From assembly GCF_006345805.1 (NCBI RefSeq), contig NW_021832697.1:1-31060 (forward strand): 31,060 nt of DNA, in the 5' to 3' direction. This DNA comes from Octopus sinensis. Lineage: Eukaryota. The notes beneath the pieces were generated by a model that had not been told where the DNA came from, did not search any database, and was given only the letters and a program-made list of their open reading frames with translations. Made by a program: the position numbers and the translations under genes. The first letter of the stretch is position 1; every line of letters starts with the position of its first letter. This document shows positions 10,697 to 22,240 of this stretch, one piece after another.

Positions 10697-11162
10697 GGGA
10701 GGAGGAGGGGAAGAAGTAGTAGAAGAAGAAGAAGAAGAAGAAGAAGAAGAAGAAGAAGAAGGAGAGGAAGAAGACGGATGAAGAAGAAGAAGAAGAAGAA
10801 GAAGGATAAAGAAGAAGAGAAGAAGAAGAAGAAGAAGAAAGATGAAGAGGATGAAGGGGAGGAGGAGGAGGAGGAGGGTAAGAGGAAGTGGAGGGCAGAG
10901 GAGGTCGTGGAGAGAAATGATGAGAAGGAAAATGGTCATAAAAATGAAGATGAGATGATGGGATCGGTGAGAAGTGGCAGGAAGAGGAAGATAAGAGAAG
11001 GAGGAGGAGGTGGCGAAGACGGAAGATTATCAAAAAACTGAAGAGAGGGAGGAAGATGATGAAAACCAGGATTAAAAGGAGGAGGAGATGGAGTAGGAGG
11101 GGAGGTCGTAGAAGAGGAAAGGAGGAAGATGAGAAGGCAAGAAGAAAGGTGTGAAAGAGGAG
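10697..11162. repeat. Polypurine (GAA)n/(GAG)n low-complexity tract
   Basis: Direct inspection. Confidence 0.95.
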
Positions 11163-11311
11163 ATCAAGTGAATTTGAGACGACCCAGAATCGAAACCGTG
11201 CTCTGGTTAAGACATGTAATTGCTTGAAATGGTCATTGATTCAAAGACGGTCATTTCCAAAAAATGATCAAATCTCTGCAAAGTTAACTTTGTTTTTATT
11301 ATGATAGTGGT

Positions 11312-11612
11312 GTGGAGGCGCAATGGCCCAGTGGTTAGGGCAGCGGACTCGCAGTGGTAGGATTGCGGTTTCGATTCCCAGACTGGGCGTTGTGAGTGTT
11401 TATTGAGCGAAAACAACTACAGGTCCACGTGGCTCCAGCAGGGGCTTGTGGCGATCCCTTCTGTACTCTTTCGCCACAATTTTCTCTCACTCTTTCTTCT
11501 GTTGGCCTGCTCTCTTAGCCAGCAGGGTGGCGTCATTTGAAGGCTAAAACAATGCGAAGTGCATTGTGACCAGCGATGTGTAGCAACATCTAATAGCTTG
11601 GTGGGTCACGTG
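11312..11612 (+). mobile_element. Family C SINE with alternative tail (type 2), full length
   Basis: Same head and body as 4098-4475 up to ..CTCACTCTTTCTTC, then a different tail ending GGTCACGTG. 11-bp TSD atgatagtggt at 11301-11311 and 11613-11623. Confidence 0.92.
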
Positions 11613-11911
11613 ATGATAGTGGTAGGCCATTACAGAGATAGATCCAATCGATTACGCATTCTCTCAAAGAAAGTACCAGTCACATACTGAGGTAAATGTC
11701 ATCCACAATATTCAGCCCTCAAATGTGGATCTCAACCAGTATTTCTGAGCCTAAGTGTTCAGTTGTTCAATCAACCAAAGACCCTGGATCGTTAAATTAG
11801 CGTGAAAGTGGTTGAGTGTTCCATAGACACGTGTAATATTAATGTAATTATGAAGCAGAATCGGCGTGTGGACAGTGGGGCTACAAGTTTTAATTACTGG
11901 TGTAATCTACC

Positions 11912-12060
11912 CGACGGATTTCCTACTCAGTTTCCGTCTACCCATTTTCATTCAAAAAGTATGAGTCGACCAAAGGGTAAAGAAGATGACATCTACTCAA
12001 GAAGCTATTCAGCAGAATCGAAACCGTGACCTTAGGATTGCGTAGAAAACTTCTTAACCT
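11912..12060 (-). mobile_element. Old family B-like SINE fragment
   Basis: cagtttccgtctacc...gaatcgaaaccgtgacc...cttcttaacc. Confidence 0.55.
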
Positions 12061-12149
12061 TTTGACTATCAAACGAGGCGCTAGATATTTAATAACACAT
12101 ATTTGATCGACAGTATTCGTCCCACAAACTAAATATATCAGTTCTCGTC

Positions 12150-12905
12150 AATTGCTAAAATCTACAAAAGCCCTAGAGAAGCCCTCAACGGAACATTGTT
12201 CCTGTCCCTGGTACAGTGCCGTTGCAACTCACACAAATATCTGGACTCCATCGACTGATTAACAGTAAATGTCTAACGGTCCATATTATGGTCTACAGAA
12301 GAGATGACTCCTTTCTCTGTATTCTCTGTTACTGCTATAAAGGCCCAGTTTCTTTGAGTTGTCTGGCCTCGCACATGCACCACTCAGGTAACCCCATCCT
12401 CGATCCACTCGCCTCTACACCCCTCGTTACACATGTTACGTCTAACCTCCTCGGCGCAGCACTAATCCCTATGTTAATGACTCGTGGAACATTAGCCCCA
12501 CTAAAATATTTTTCCTGTTCGCAGCTTTCTTGTTAGTGTTGAGCTGCAACAGTTAGGGGGGAGCGACCCCTGTTGTACTTTATCGCCCCAACTTTCTCTC
12601 ACTCTTTCTTCCTGTTTCTTGTCCCCGACTTCCTATGCAACCGCTGAGTCTGGATGCGCATTCATCCATCCGTCGATGCTCTGGGTGTCGGGGGTTGACC
12701 TGCTTTCTCTTCTGCGGGTCTTGCGAATAGCAAAGGAACACGTTTCGGACTTCTCCCACTACAGAGGCGCGATCTTGCGAGCTCTGGGACGAAGACCGCT
12801 TCGCTCAACAGCAACAGCAACAGCAGCTGCAACAGTTGAATTGTAGCATGAAAGACATGAAGCACGAATTTCTATGAGAGAGTGAAAGATCATGGCTCTG
12901 CCCCT
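12150..12905 (+). pseudogene. Decayed CR1/L2-group LINE ORF2 3' end, interrupted by a family C SINE
   Basis: Frameshifted translation ..IYK/ALEKPSTEHCSCPWYSAVATHTN..LDSI...YRRDDSFLCILCYCYKG...VELQQ resembles the YK..VRP.MEYCS..W / L.HRR..SLC.FYRYY motifs. Confidence 0.65.
12555..12824 (+). mobile_element. 5'-truncated family C SINE (tail type 1)
   Basis: Homologous to the reverse complement of 4098-4345, with an (AACAGC)n tail. Exact 13-bp TSD agctgcaacagtt at 12542-12554 and 12825-12837. Confidence 0.92.
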
Positions 12906-13136
12906 CCAGCAGGAATGACAAGTGACAAGAAATTAATCACTGATATTTCAGAAGGATGCTTTCCTCGCACCTGGTAAGTTGCTTTGGAACTTTTCAGTGA
13001 CCAGATCACAGTTGGTGAAGGGAAAATGTTGACACCGAATAATAAATGTTTAAATGAAGTTAACAGTTGCGTACTTTTGAATGGCTCTGTCTTCCATACA
13101 GCATCTGAATCATTAATATTATTTTTCTTAAAAATC

Positions 13137-13352
13137 AAGGCGGCGATCTGGCAGAATCGTTAGCACGCCGAGCAAAATGCTTAGCGGCATTTCGTCTGTC
13201 GTTACGTTCTGAGTTCAATTTCCGCCGAGGTCAACTTTGCCTTTCATCTTTTCGGGGTCGATAAATTACTTACTATTTGCGTGCTGGGGTCGATCAAATC
13301 GACTGGCCCTCTCCCCAAAATTTCAGGCCTTGTGCCTAGAGTAGAAAAGAAT
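13137..13352 (+). mobile_element. Family A SINE (tail type 2), full length
   Basis: AAGGCGGCGATCTGGCAGAATCG...GAGTTCAATTTCC...CCCCAAAATTTCAGGCCTTGTGCCTAGAGTAGAAAAGAAT. Confidence 0.92.
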
Positions 13353-13370
13353 ACTATTCTTCTTACAAAG

Positions 13371-13942
13371 CAAAGCGTCAGACTGGCAGATTCGTTAGCA
13401 CGCCGGGCGAAATGCTTAGCGACATTTCGCCCGTCATTACTTTCTGAGTTCAAATTCTGCGGAAGTCGATTTTGTCTTTCATGCTTTCAGGGTCGATTAA
13501 ATAAGTACCAGTTATGGCTCAGTGGTTAGAGCGTCGAGCTTACGATCGTGAGGTTGTGAGCTCGAATCCCGGACGGGGCTGCGTATTGTGTTCTTGAGCA
13601 AGGCACTTTATTTCACGTTGCTCCAGTTCACTCAGCTGTAGAAATGAGTTGCGACGTCACAGGTGCCAAGCTGTATCGGCCCTTGCCTTTCCCTTGGACA
13701 ACATCGGTGACGTGGAGAGGGGAGGCCGGTATGCATGGGCGACTGCTGGTCTTCCATAAAACAACCTTGCCCAGACTTGTGCCTCAGAGGGTATCTCTCT
13801 TGGTGCAAACCCATGGTCAGTGCCTGACCGAAGGGGGTCTTTACCCTTTACACACTGGGGTAGATGTAATCGACTTAATCCCTTTGTTTGTCCTTGTTTG
13901 TCCCCTCTATGTTTAGCCCCCTGTGAGCAATAAAGAAATAAA
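13371..13942 (+). mobile_element. Family A SINE (tail type 1) split by a family D SINE
   Basis: ..AAGTACCAGTTA (13514) rejoins CACACTGGGGTAGATG (13851), restoring the A consensus. Confidence 0.9.
13515..13850 (+). mobile_element. Family D SINE: tRNA head plus CORE-like domain, (TTTACCC)-type tail
   Basis: A box TGGCTCAGTGG, B box GCTCGAATCC, CORE-like TGTGTTCTTGAGCAAGGCACTT...CTCAGCTGTAGAAATGAG. Octopus CORE-SINEs such as OR2 are known, but I do not assign an exact family name. Confidence 0.88.
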
Positions 13943-13962
13943 TATTATTATTCTTACAAAAC

Positions 13963-14178
13963 AAGGCTGCGAGCTGGCAGAACCGTTAGCACGCCGGGCA
14001 AAATGTTTAGCGGCATTTCGTCTGTCATGACTTTCTGAGTTCAAATTCTGCAGAAGTCGACTTTGCCTTTCATCCTTTCGTGGTCGATGAATTAAGCACC
14101 AGTGAAACACTGGGTTGGATGTAATCGACGCCCCCTCACCACCACCAAGAATCTCAGGTCTTTAGTAGAAAGGATTCT
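13963..14178 (+). mobile_element. Family A SINE (tail type 2)
   Basis: Homology to the other A copies. Confidence 0.88.
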
Positions 14179-14820
14179 TCCCTCAAAGTAAGCACCGGTC
14201 ATAAAGGCGAACACGTAATGGGTATTACAACAGTCCCTTACTCAAGGCAAGTACCAATCCTACACTTGGGTCGGCTTAATCAGTTGTATTGCCACCATCA
14301 CTACCACCACCACCACAATCAAAATATGTTATGTGACCATCCGTCTGAGAAACTCTTGATTGGTTTAAAAGTTTGTTGAGGTTTTTTTTCTTGAGTTCCG
14401 ATATCAAAAATTTACTGATTATTCATGAACCATTTTTGAAATTTATATTAATGAAAATGCCTATAGATTTAGGTGATTTTATATTTATTTCTTCTTAACA
14501 ATAGAATGACACTGGACAGAAGGTGAGAAAAGCAGCATATTCATTAAGTATTCAACATTTCGACGTTATTATTCTCCGAGTGTTCCTTCGGCGTTGCTTC
14601 CAGTATCTGGTTATATATGAATATTTTAATGTTTCCCTTTAAAGTATGTTTATGAGTCGCATCTGGCCAAGACAATCAAGTGTCAGATGATTTTTATTGT
14701 TGCCAAGAGGGATGTGATAATTCCTACGAGGTTTCTGTCGCTAATGTTGTACGTCTCCATACACGTTCGAAGCACTTAAGACACACGTTGGTCTAATGTT
14801 TAGTTTCAGCTTGCCTATAT

Positions 14821-15333
14821 ATACTTCCTTACTAAGGCGACGATCTGGCAGAAACGTTAGCGCGCCGGGTGAAATGCTTATTCGTATTACGTCTACCGTT
14901 ACGTTCTGAGTTCAAATTCCGCCGAGGTCGACTTTGCTTTCATCCTTTCGAGGTCGATAAATAAAGTACCAGTTACGCACTGGGGTCGATGTAATCGACT
15001 TAATCCGTTTATCTGTCCTTGTTTTTCCTCTCTATGTTTAGCCCCCTGTGGGTAGTCAAGAAATATATATATACTTCCTTACTAAGACGGCGAGCTGGCA
15101 GAGACGTTAGCGCGCCGGGCGAAATGCTTATTCGTATACGTCAGCCGTTACGTTCTGAGTTCAAATTCCGCCGAGGTCGACTTTGCCTTTCATGCTTTCG
15201 AGGTCGATAAATAAAGTACCAGTTACGGACTGGGGTCGATGTAATCGACTTAATCCGTTTGTCTGTCCTTGTTTGTCCCCTCTCTGTTTAGCCCCTTGTG
15301 AGCAATAAAGAAATATATAAATACTTCCTTACT
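14821..15333 (+). mobile_element. Two tandem family A SINEs (14834-15064, 15084-15314) with a triplicated target site
   Basis: atacttccttact at 14821, 15071 and 15321, giving a 250-bp period. Confidence 0.93.
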
Positions 15334-15724
15334 TGCGGTGACATTCACCTGGGGTCGGTTGAGTCGGCCCCGACCAACGAGTTCAGGGTTTCAAATGTTG
15401 TCCCCAGACATGTGCATACGCACTTTGGAGTTGTGTGATCTGTAGTAGCTTATCTTGTCATCGACCGTCGCAGAGGTTTCGCTGACCAAGTTACCCCTAA
15501 TCGGAGCAAATATAGTCTAGGTTTGAAGCGGGTACTAGAAATATGCTTTAACAAAAGTTAAGGAGTACCTCCTTCCCAGTGGTCTTCCAGCCAGCCGGAT
15601 ACTTTTCAGGAATTTCTGCGGACCCATGGAATTGCTAGATAGTCGCTGGACCTTCACAAGTTTCATCCGTCACCTATTAATCGGAATATAAAGCCTTAAT
15701 TTATTATGCGTCAGTCCATTTTTT

Positions 15725-15903
15725 ATAAGCCCTGGCACATTTAAGGCTGGTCACCCAGTTTCCATGGTCTTTAGGTGACCGAGATTACAACATTCTCTCT
15801 AAATGGGACACAGGTTAGTTGCAGGGTTCGAGGACAGCAATTTTTGAGGGGAGGGGCAAGTCGATTACATTCACCCCATTACTTAACTGGTAGCATTTTA
15901 TTT
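15725..15903 (-). mobile_element. Degenerate SINE tail fragments (D-like tail, then A tail type 2)
   Basis: ggctggtcacccagtttccatgg...gcagggtt resembles 18211-18288; gaggggaggggcaagtcgattacattcacccc...aactggta resembles family A. Confidence 0.5.
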
Positions 15904-16085
15904 TGTTCATTCTAAATATTATATTGTTTTTGCTTTTTTTTCTGTTTTAACGATTATATTATCCATGTCCTTAATGAGTTAAATAATTAATAAAAGCAGA
16001 CATATTAGACAGATAAGGGTATTTTTCATTGGTTAAAGCATTGTGGTTGATATGAAACGAAATGTTTATTGTACTTGCTTGACAG

Positions 16086-16210
16086 AAGAACAATTACTCC
16101 AAATACAAAGTATTCATTTAACGGTGACAAAAATGCTACCGTTACGACGAACGGCGGCGGAAAGAGATATTTACACCAAGCGAACCAATTTGTATTTATC
16201 TGTGAGAGAT
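16086..16210 (+). other. Candidate internal exon (weak)
   Basis: Acceptor-like ttgtacttgcttgacAG, 125 nt, donor-like GTAAGC. Open frame RTITPNTKYSFNGDKNATVTTNGGGKRYLHQANQFVFICER, located in a repeat-free island. Confidence 0.2.
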
Positions 16211-16567
16211 GTAAGCATTCGTGTGTGTCAGTAGTGATACTGAGTTGTAGAAGTCGTGGAATTCTCTGGCCGAATTTGATTGGCATAAATTCCTGCAGCT
16301 TCTTGACTTAAGCTGTGTCACGATCACAAATCAGTTACCAAACGATCTACATACATATAGCTAATGATCTGTCAAAAAAGAGGGCGCCAAAGACAAAATC
16401 GTTAATGGCATTTGGATATGTTGTTTATCCAAATATGGTTGTTTACGATAAGTGAAATGTCAACGATTTAAGCATCTACTGCGACTATTGTATTTTCGCC
16501 GATCAGCTCATCTCCTGACAAAAACAAGCTTTTGATGTGTCTACGAGAGACCTGAACGGCCAGTTAT

Positions 16568-16885
16568 TTGATGACGTCATCAATCCCAATTGAAAAGCTG
16601 CTTGTATCGAAGTAGAATGATTTCGAGTTCAATTTCTTTGCAGTGAATAGCTGTCTGGAACTCTACTAATATTACTGCTACTATGATACAAGAAACGGAA
16701 ATACTAGAGTAACTATCAAAGACTATTATGTTCATACTGTATTAGTTATTTGAAAACAGTATAATTGAAGAGATGGAATGTATCGACTACTTAAGACATC
16801 GATTTGCTTGTTTAAGTCTTGTTTTATAGAAACCGTAATCGAGATGGAAAGTTGTTGACAAAGTAAAGTGACTATAGTGACGTCA
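16568..16885. promoter_or_regulatory. Two full CRE (TGACGTCA) palindromes with a nearby CCAAT motif
   Basis: TTGATGACGTCATCAA at 16568-83 (perfect 16-bp palindrome), CCAAT at 16586 and TGACGTCA at 16878-85. Function is unproven. Confidence 0.3.
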
Positions 16886-16959
16886 TGTTTAATGATATTA
16901 TAATTGGTAAGAAGCTTCCACGTTGTTTTCCGGTTACAGGATATGCCTCTTCCCTCCTT

Positions 16960-17131
16960 ATTTCTCTCTTTCTCTATCTTTCTCTCTATATCTATTTTTC
17001 AATCTCTCTCTCTTTCTCTTTCTCTCTCTATCTCTATCTCTCTTTAAATTAGAAAGCACTTTAAATTGTTTTATTACATCACACGAATAATAATAATGAT
17101 AATAATAATAATAATAATAACAATAATAATA

Positions 17132-17163
<32 letters not shown>

Positions 17164-17177
17164 TAATAATAATGATG

Positions 17178-17217
<40 letters not shown>

Positions 17218-17284
17218 TAATAATAATGATAATAATAATGATGATGATGATAATAATAATAACAATAATAATAGTGATAATTAC

Positions 17285-17323
<39 letters not shown>

Positions 17324-17472
17324 TAATAATAATAATAACGATATTGATGATGATAATGGGGGAGATTTTACTCTTCACTCTTGAGAGCGAATCAAAATTG
17401 CATATAATTGAAAAATGCTATTGAATTACATTTTCAGAATTTCAAAACGACTTTCCTACTACCTTTGTAATT

Positions 17473-17527
<55 letters not shown>

Positions 17528-17565
17528 TATAATTATATATGTATGTATGTATGTATATACACATA
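16960..17565. repeat. (CT)n, (AAT)n/(GAT)n and (AT)n microsatellites
   Basis: Tracts at about 16960-17044, 17086-17357 and 17473-17565. Confidence 0.95.
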
Positions 17566-17750
17566 TAAAATACTATCTTGAAAATTTTACTTGTTGGTAG
17601 TGTCACAGTCATGGCGTGTGAGAATTTAAAATGGTAGACTGAGCGGAATCAAACGTTACGAAGATCATGTCACAAAGGAGATACCGGGAAAATAAGACCA
17701 GAGAGATCTTGGATCACTAAGGTGGTTTCGAAGCATAGAACGCAGGGATC

Positions 17751-18090
17751 GTAGTAAAGAAATGGGTATTTCGTCTGCCGTTTCGTTCTGAGTTCAAATT
17801 CCGCCGAGGTCGACTTTGCCTTTCATCCTTTCGGGATCGATAAATTAAGTGCCAGTTACGCACAGGTGTCGATCTAATCGACTTAATCCCTTTGTCTGTC
17901 CTTGTTTGTCCCCTCTATGTTTAGCCCCTTGTGGGCAATAAAGGAATAAGAAACGTTAGCACGCCGAGCGAAATGCTTAGCCGAATTCCGCCGTGGTCAA
18001 CTTTGCGTTTCATTCTTTCGGTGTCGATAAACTATTATTTGCGTGCTGGGTCGATCTAATCAACTGGCCCCTTCCCCAAAAACTTCGGGG
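17751..18090 (+). mobile_element. Family A head-to-tail multimer (tail remnant, tail-1 monomer, tail-2 monomer)
   Basis: Junctions GTAGTAAAGAAATG|GGTATTTCG and AAGGAATAA|GAAACGTTAGC (17949/17950). Confidence 0.88.
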
Positions 18091-18188
18091 AGAAAAAAAT
18101 ATTATGATGTTTATTAATCCCCAATGATAAATAACTTCCGCTTATCATTTTTTAATTATTTTTTTACAAATAAAAAAATAAATAAACG

Positions 18189-18435
18189 TTCCTTCTCGAG
18201 CCATGCCAGGCTCATGAGGGCCGGTTTCCCGGTTTCAGTGGCGTAGAAATTCCCCACCTGGACGGGACGCCGGTCCGTCGCAGGATTACTCATTTTTGTC
18301 AGCTGAATGGACTGGAGCAACGTAAAAATGAAGTGTTTTGTTCAAGAACACAACGCATCGCCCGGTCCAGGAATTGAAACCACAACCTTACGATCATAAG
18401 TTCAACCCCCTAACAACTAAACCACGCACCTCCAC
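18189..18435 (-). mobile_element. Family D-related CORE-like SINE with a different tail
   Basis: Head and core match 13515-13650 (TTGTGTTCTTGAACAAAACACTT..CGTTGCTCCAGTCCATTCAGCTG); the 3' part is unrelated. Confidence 0.85.
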
Positions 18436-19310
18436 TACTTTTTTCTTTTACAATCACCTTATTTTACAGGCTGGCATTCGAACTCGGAAACCAAGAAAAT
18501 AAACCCTCCTTTGTAAATAAAGAATGCACTTTCTGTTATATATATACATATCTTCATTTGTGTATTTATTTTGTTGAACTGAAATCTGTTCAACCAACTG
18601 TGTTTGACATTAAATGTATTATCGTTTAGGGCGACTGCAAATTGAATAAAAGATTGTGCATTAGTATGATAATATTTCATCATCTATTGCTCTTGCTATT
18701 GTTATTTTACTTTTTATTTAGTCTTATTTATTTATATTTTTTATAATTTATATCTTTTTGTTTCGTTTTTTTGGTTTTATTTTATGCTTTATCTCACCAA
18801 ATAACCAGTCTTTTTTTTTTTACTTGCTGGAATCTCGTATCGTTATTGCCAAAAGCGAGTCGATACGTGTTCTTGCGTTTGCTCTTGGAAAGCTTTTTCA
18901 ACTAACGACATACAGACATGCAAAGACATACAGAGACACACAGACACACGCTGTGATTTATTATCATAACAATGGACGCTACAATGGTTACTGAAATAAA
19001 TACACGGTTTGACAAGAAATGCTGTGACATTTATTTCGACGCCAGATTTGAAGATTCAAATTCTACAGCAACAAAAAAAAAGCGAGAACGAAAATAATAC
19101 AAAATATAATCCAATTAAAAACAATCATGATCCATTAAATTGTTTAATGTTGTTGATTTTAGTTTCTTGTAATTTTTTATTTTGTCGTCTTTGTTCTTTG
19201 CCATGAAAACATCGAGATGTCAGCCATGAATGGGCTAAGATTGAGCGATGGTCAGACCTTTCTCTAACAATGCATCCTCGTCCTTCGCATGATCATTACT
19301 TCCCTTGGAC

Positions 19311-19514
19311 AATATTCTTTTCTACTCTTGGCACAAGGCCAGTCGATTAGATCGACCCCAGTACGCAACTGGTACTTAATTTATCGATTCCTAAAGGATG
19401 AAAGGCAAAGTCGACCTCGGTGGAATTTGAACTCAGAAGGTAAAAACGAACGAAATGTCGCTAATCATTTTGCCGGCGCTATAACGAATCTGCCAGGTCC
19501 ACGATTTAATAATG

Positions 19515-19548
<34 letters not shown>

Positions 19549-19925
19549 CAACAACTGCTTCAAATATAAACAAAAAAAAATTGGTGGGAGGGGCGAGTCA
19601 ATATCATCGACTCAAGTATTTGACTTTACTTATCGACCACAAAAGGATAAAAAGCAAACTTTAACTAGACATGATTTGAACTCAGATCCTGAAGTAAAGG
19701 ACAAACGCAACAAGACAGTTTACCGGATAAAACTAATTCTTTCTAATTTTGAAAAATAGCCCCCAGCCCAATTTTGAGTAGTCAATTCCCAGTTTGTTTG
19801 TTGTTTTTCGACTCTGAAAGACTGAAAGGCGAAGTTGACACCAACGGTATTCGAACCTAGAACTAATAGAGCTGGAAGAAACGCCACTAAGCATTTTGTG
19901 CGTTGCTCTTACGATCCTGCCAAAT
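19311..19925 (-). mobile_element. Three family A SINE copies of increasing divergence (19311-19505, about 19578-19712, about 19780-19922)
   Basis: Recurrent gaaaggcaaagtcgacc..gaactcaga motif. The first copy has a GGCC-bounded deletion in its tail. Confidence 0.75.
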
Positions 19926-20044
19926 GTTTCGGATTCAAACACAAAAACTTGCAACCTCGACTGAAGGGGGTCACACAATGATAGAACTCTGTATATTTTG
20001 ATAACTCTTTATTCATAAATCACACTGTATGGTGGTTACTCTGG

Positions 20045-20171
20045 TATCGTCATCATTAACATTACTGTCATCATGCTGATCACGAATTCTTCAACCCTCG
20101 CCATCACCATCATCGTCATTGTTATCATTATCACCGTCATCCTTATCATCGTCATCGCCATCATCATCATC

Positions 20172-20214
<43 letters not shown>

Positions 20215-20248
20215 TATCATTATCATCAACACCGTCAATGTCATCACC

Positions 20249-20291
<43 letters not shown>

Positions 20292-20317
20292 CCGTCATCG
20301 TCTTCATCGACATCGCT

Positions 20318-20366
<49 letters not shown>

Positions 20367-20792
20367 CAATCATCCTCATCATCACCATCATGATTTTCAT
20401 GACCACCATCGTCACCGTCATCATCATCATCAACAGCAGCAGCATCACCGCCATCTTCATCATCATATTGACCATCACCATGAACAACAATATCATTGTC
20501 ATCATCAACATAACTTCAGGATCCTTATCATCAATATTATCATCCACATAGTTATAAAATTCAACGGTATCATTATCAACATCATCATCATCATCATTCT
20601 AATCGCTATCATTCTCTCCATCATCATCATCATCGTCATCATCATCATTATATCGTCGTCATCACCATCATCATTCTAATTGTCATCATTCTCACCATCA
20701 TCATCATCATCGTCATCATCATCATCGTCATCATCATCATCATAATCATCATCGTCATCATCATCATTATATCGTCATCATCATCATCATCG

Positions 20793-20826
<34 letters not shown>

Positions 20827-20851
20827 ATCATCGTCATCATCATCATCATCG

Positions 20852-20882
<31 letters not shown>

Positions 20883-20995
20883 ATCATCGTCATCATCATC
20901 ATCATCATCATCATCGTCATCATCATCATCATTATATCGTCGTCATCATCATCATCATCATCAACATCATCATCATCATCCCCACCACCACCACC
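20045..20995. repeat. About 950-bp degenerate (CAT)n array
   Basis: Direct inspection; this array is the source of the poly-H/S/I/M ORFs. Confidence 0.97.
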
Positions 20996-21346
20996 GGCAC
21001 CACTTCCAAAGCCACAGTCACTTCCGTCATCTTCAACAACCTTATACGATACCAGGGAAGCCTTACAACTACGACCAAACCATTAAAGACCGCACTAGGT
21101 TCTCCCCACCCCGCCCTGCCACCCACTTTAGCATCGAACGCCACGACCAACACCACTGACTCCGACAATAAAAATAACAGCAATAAATATAAAACACTTT
21201 TTGCAATCATCGCCATCAGGGCTTTCAGTGACAGTAACGGCTTCATTTGGTATCATCAAAATCATCGTCAGCGTTATCGCAAGAAACAGCAGCAGTGGCC
21301 GCAGCAGCAGCAGCAGAGGTACCTATCTCGGGTACATTAACTGCTG

Positions 21347-21449
21347 AGATAGATAGAGAGAGAGAGAGAGAGACAAAGAGAGAGAAATTGACAGAGAGAC
21401 AAAGAGAGAGAGATTGACAGAGAGACAGACAGATATGTATGCGTGCGTC

Positions 21450-21480
<31 letters not shown>

Positions 21481-21667
21481 GTTCATGCATAGTTATATAT
21501 GTAAGCATGTGTGTATCCATTATGTACAGACTTATTTTTCCCTTTACACACTCTATGTGATATTCTCTTCACTGACACTTTCATGAGTGGAAATAGTGCG
21601 AGTGTTTGTATGTGTGTATGTTGTAAGTATGTATGTATGAATGAAGGCAGGTATGCATTATCTATAT

Positions 21668-21715
<48 letters not shown>

Positions 21716-21802
21716 TATATATATATTATATATATATATATTTATTTATTTATATATTCATGTATAGAATATATGCATTAGTTTTTTGTGTATAACATAT
21801 TT

Positions 21803-21839
<37 letters not shown>

Positions 21840-22186
21840 AGAGAGAGAGAAGAGAGAGAGAAGAGAAATAGACATACAAATACGTATATATACATACACA
21901 TATACACAGGCTATAAATATAAGTATATATATGTGTATATATATAATATATAACATATATATATAATAGAGACATATATATGTATATATATATGTATATA
22001 TATATATATTATATATATATATATAAATATATGTTGTGTGTATATATATATATATATATATCTATATATATATATATACTATATCTATATATATATACAA
22101 TATATATAATATATTACATATATATTGTATATATATATTATATGTATGTATGTATATATAGATATATATAGATATTATATAATATA

Positions 22187-22223
<37 letters not shown>

Positions 22224-22240
22224 TGTATGTATGTATGTTA
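21347..22240. repeat. Compound (GA)/(TA)/(TG) microsatellite region
   Basis: Direct inspection. Confidence 0.92.

Noticed and set aside
11314-11390. tRNA-like sequences (also at 13515, 4400-4475 and 25850)
   Set aside because: They are SINE heads continuing into repeat bodies, with TSDs in some copies, and are not tRNA genes.
13137-15333. Regularly spaced repeats suggestive of a CRISPR array
   Set aside because: The units are SINE copies over 200 bp in a eukaryotic context, with no unique spacers or cas genes.
14500-15700. Possible RTE-like LINE relics at about 14500-14800 and 15420-15690 (also 17600-17750)
   Set aside because: Only isolated motif-like words such as GRPLGR are visible, which is not enough to call without a database search.
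20981-21340. 120-codon stop-free Thr/Gln-rich frame (PTTTTGTTSK...QQQQQRYLSRVH)
   Set aside because: No start codon or acceptor. It is contiguous with decayed ACC/ATC/CAG triplets, which naturally lack stops.
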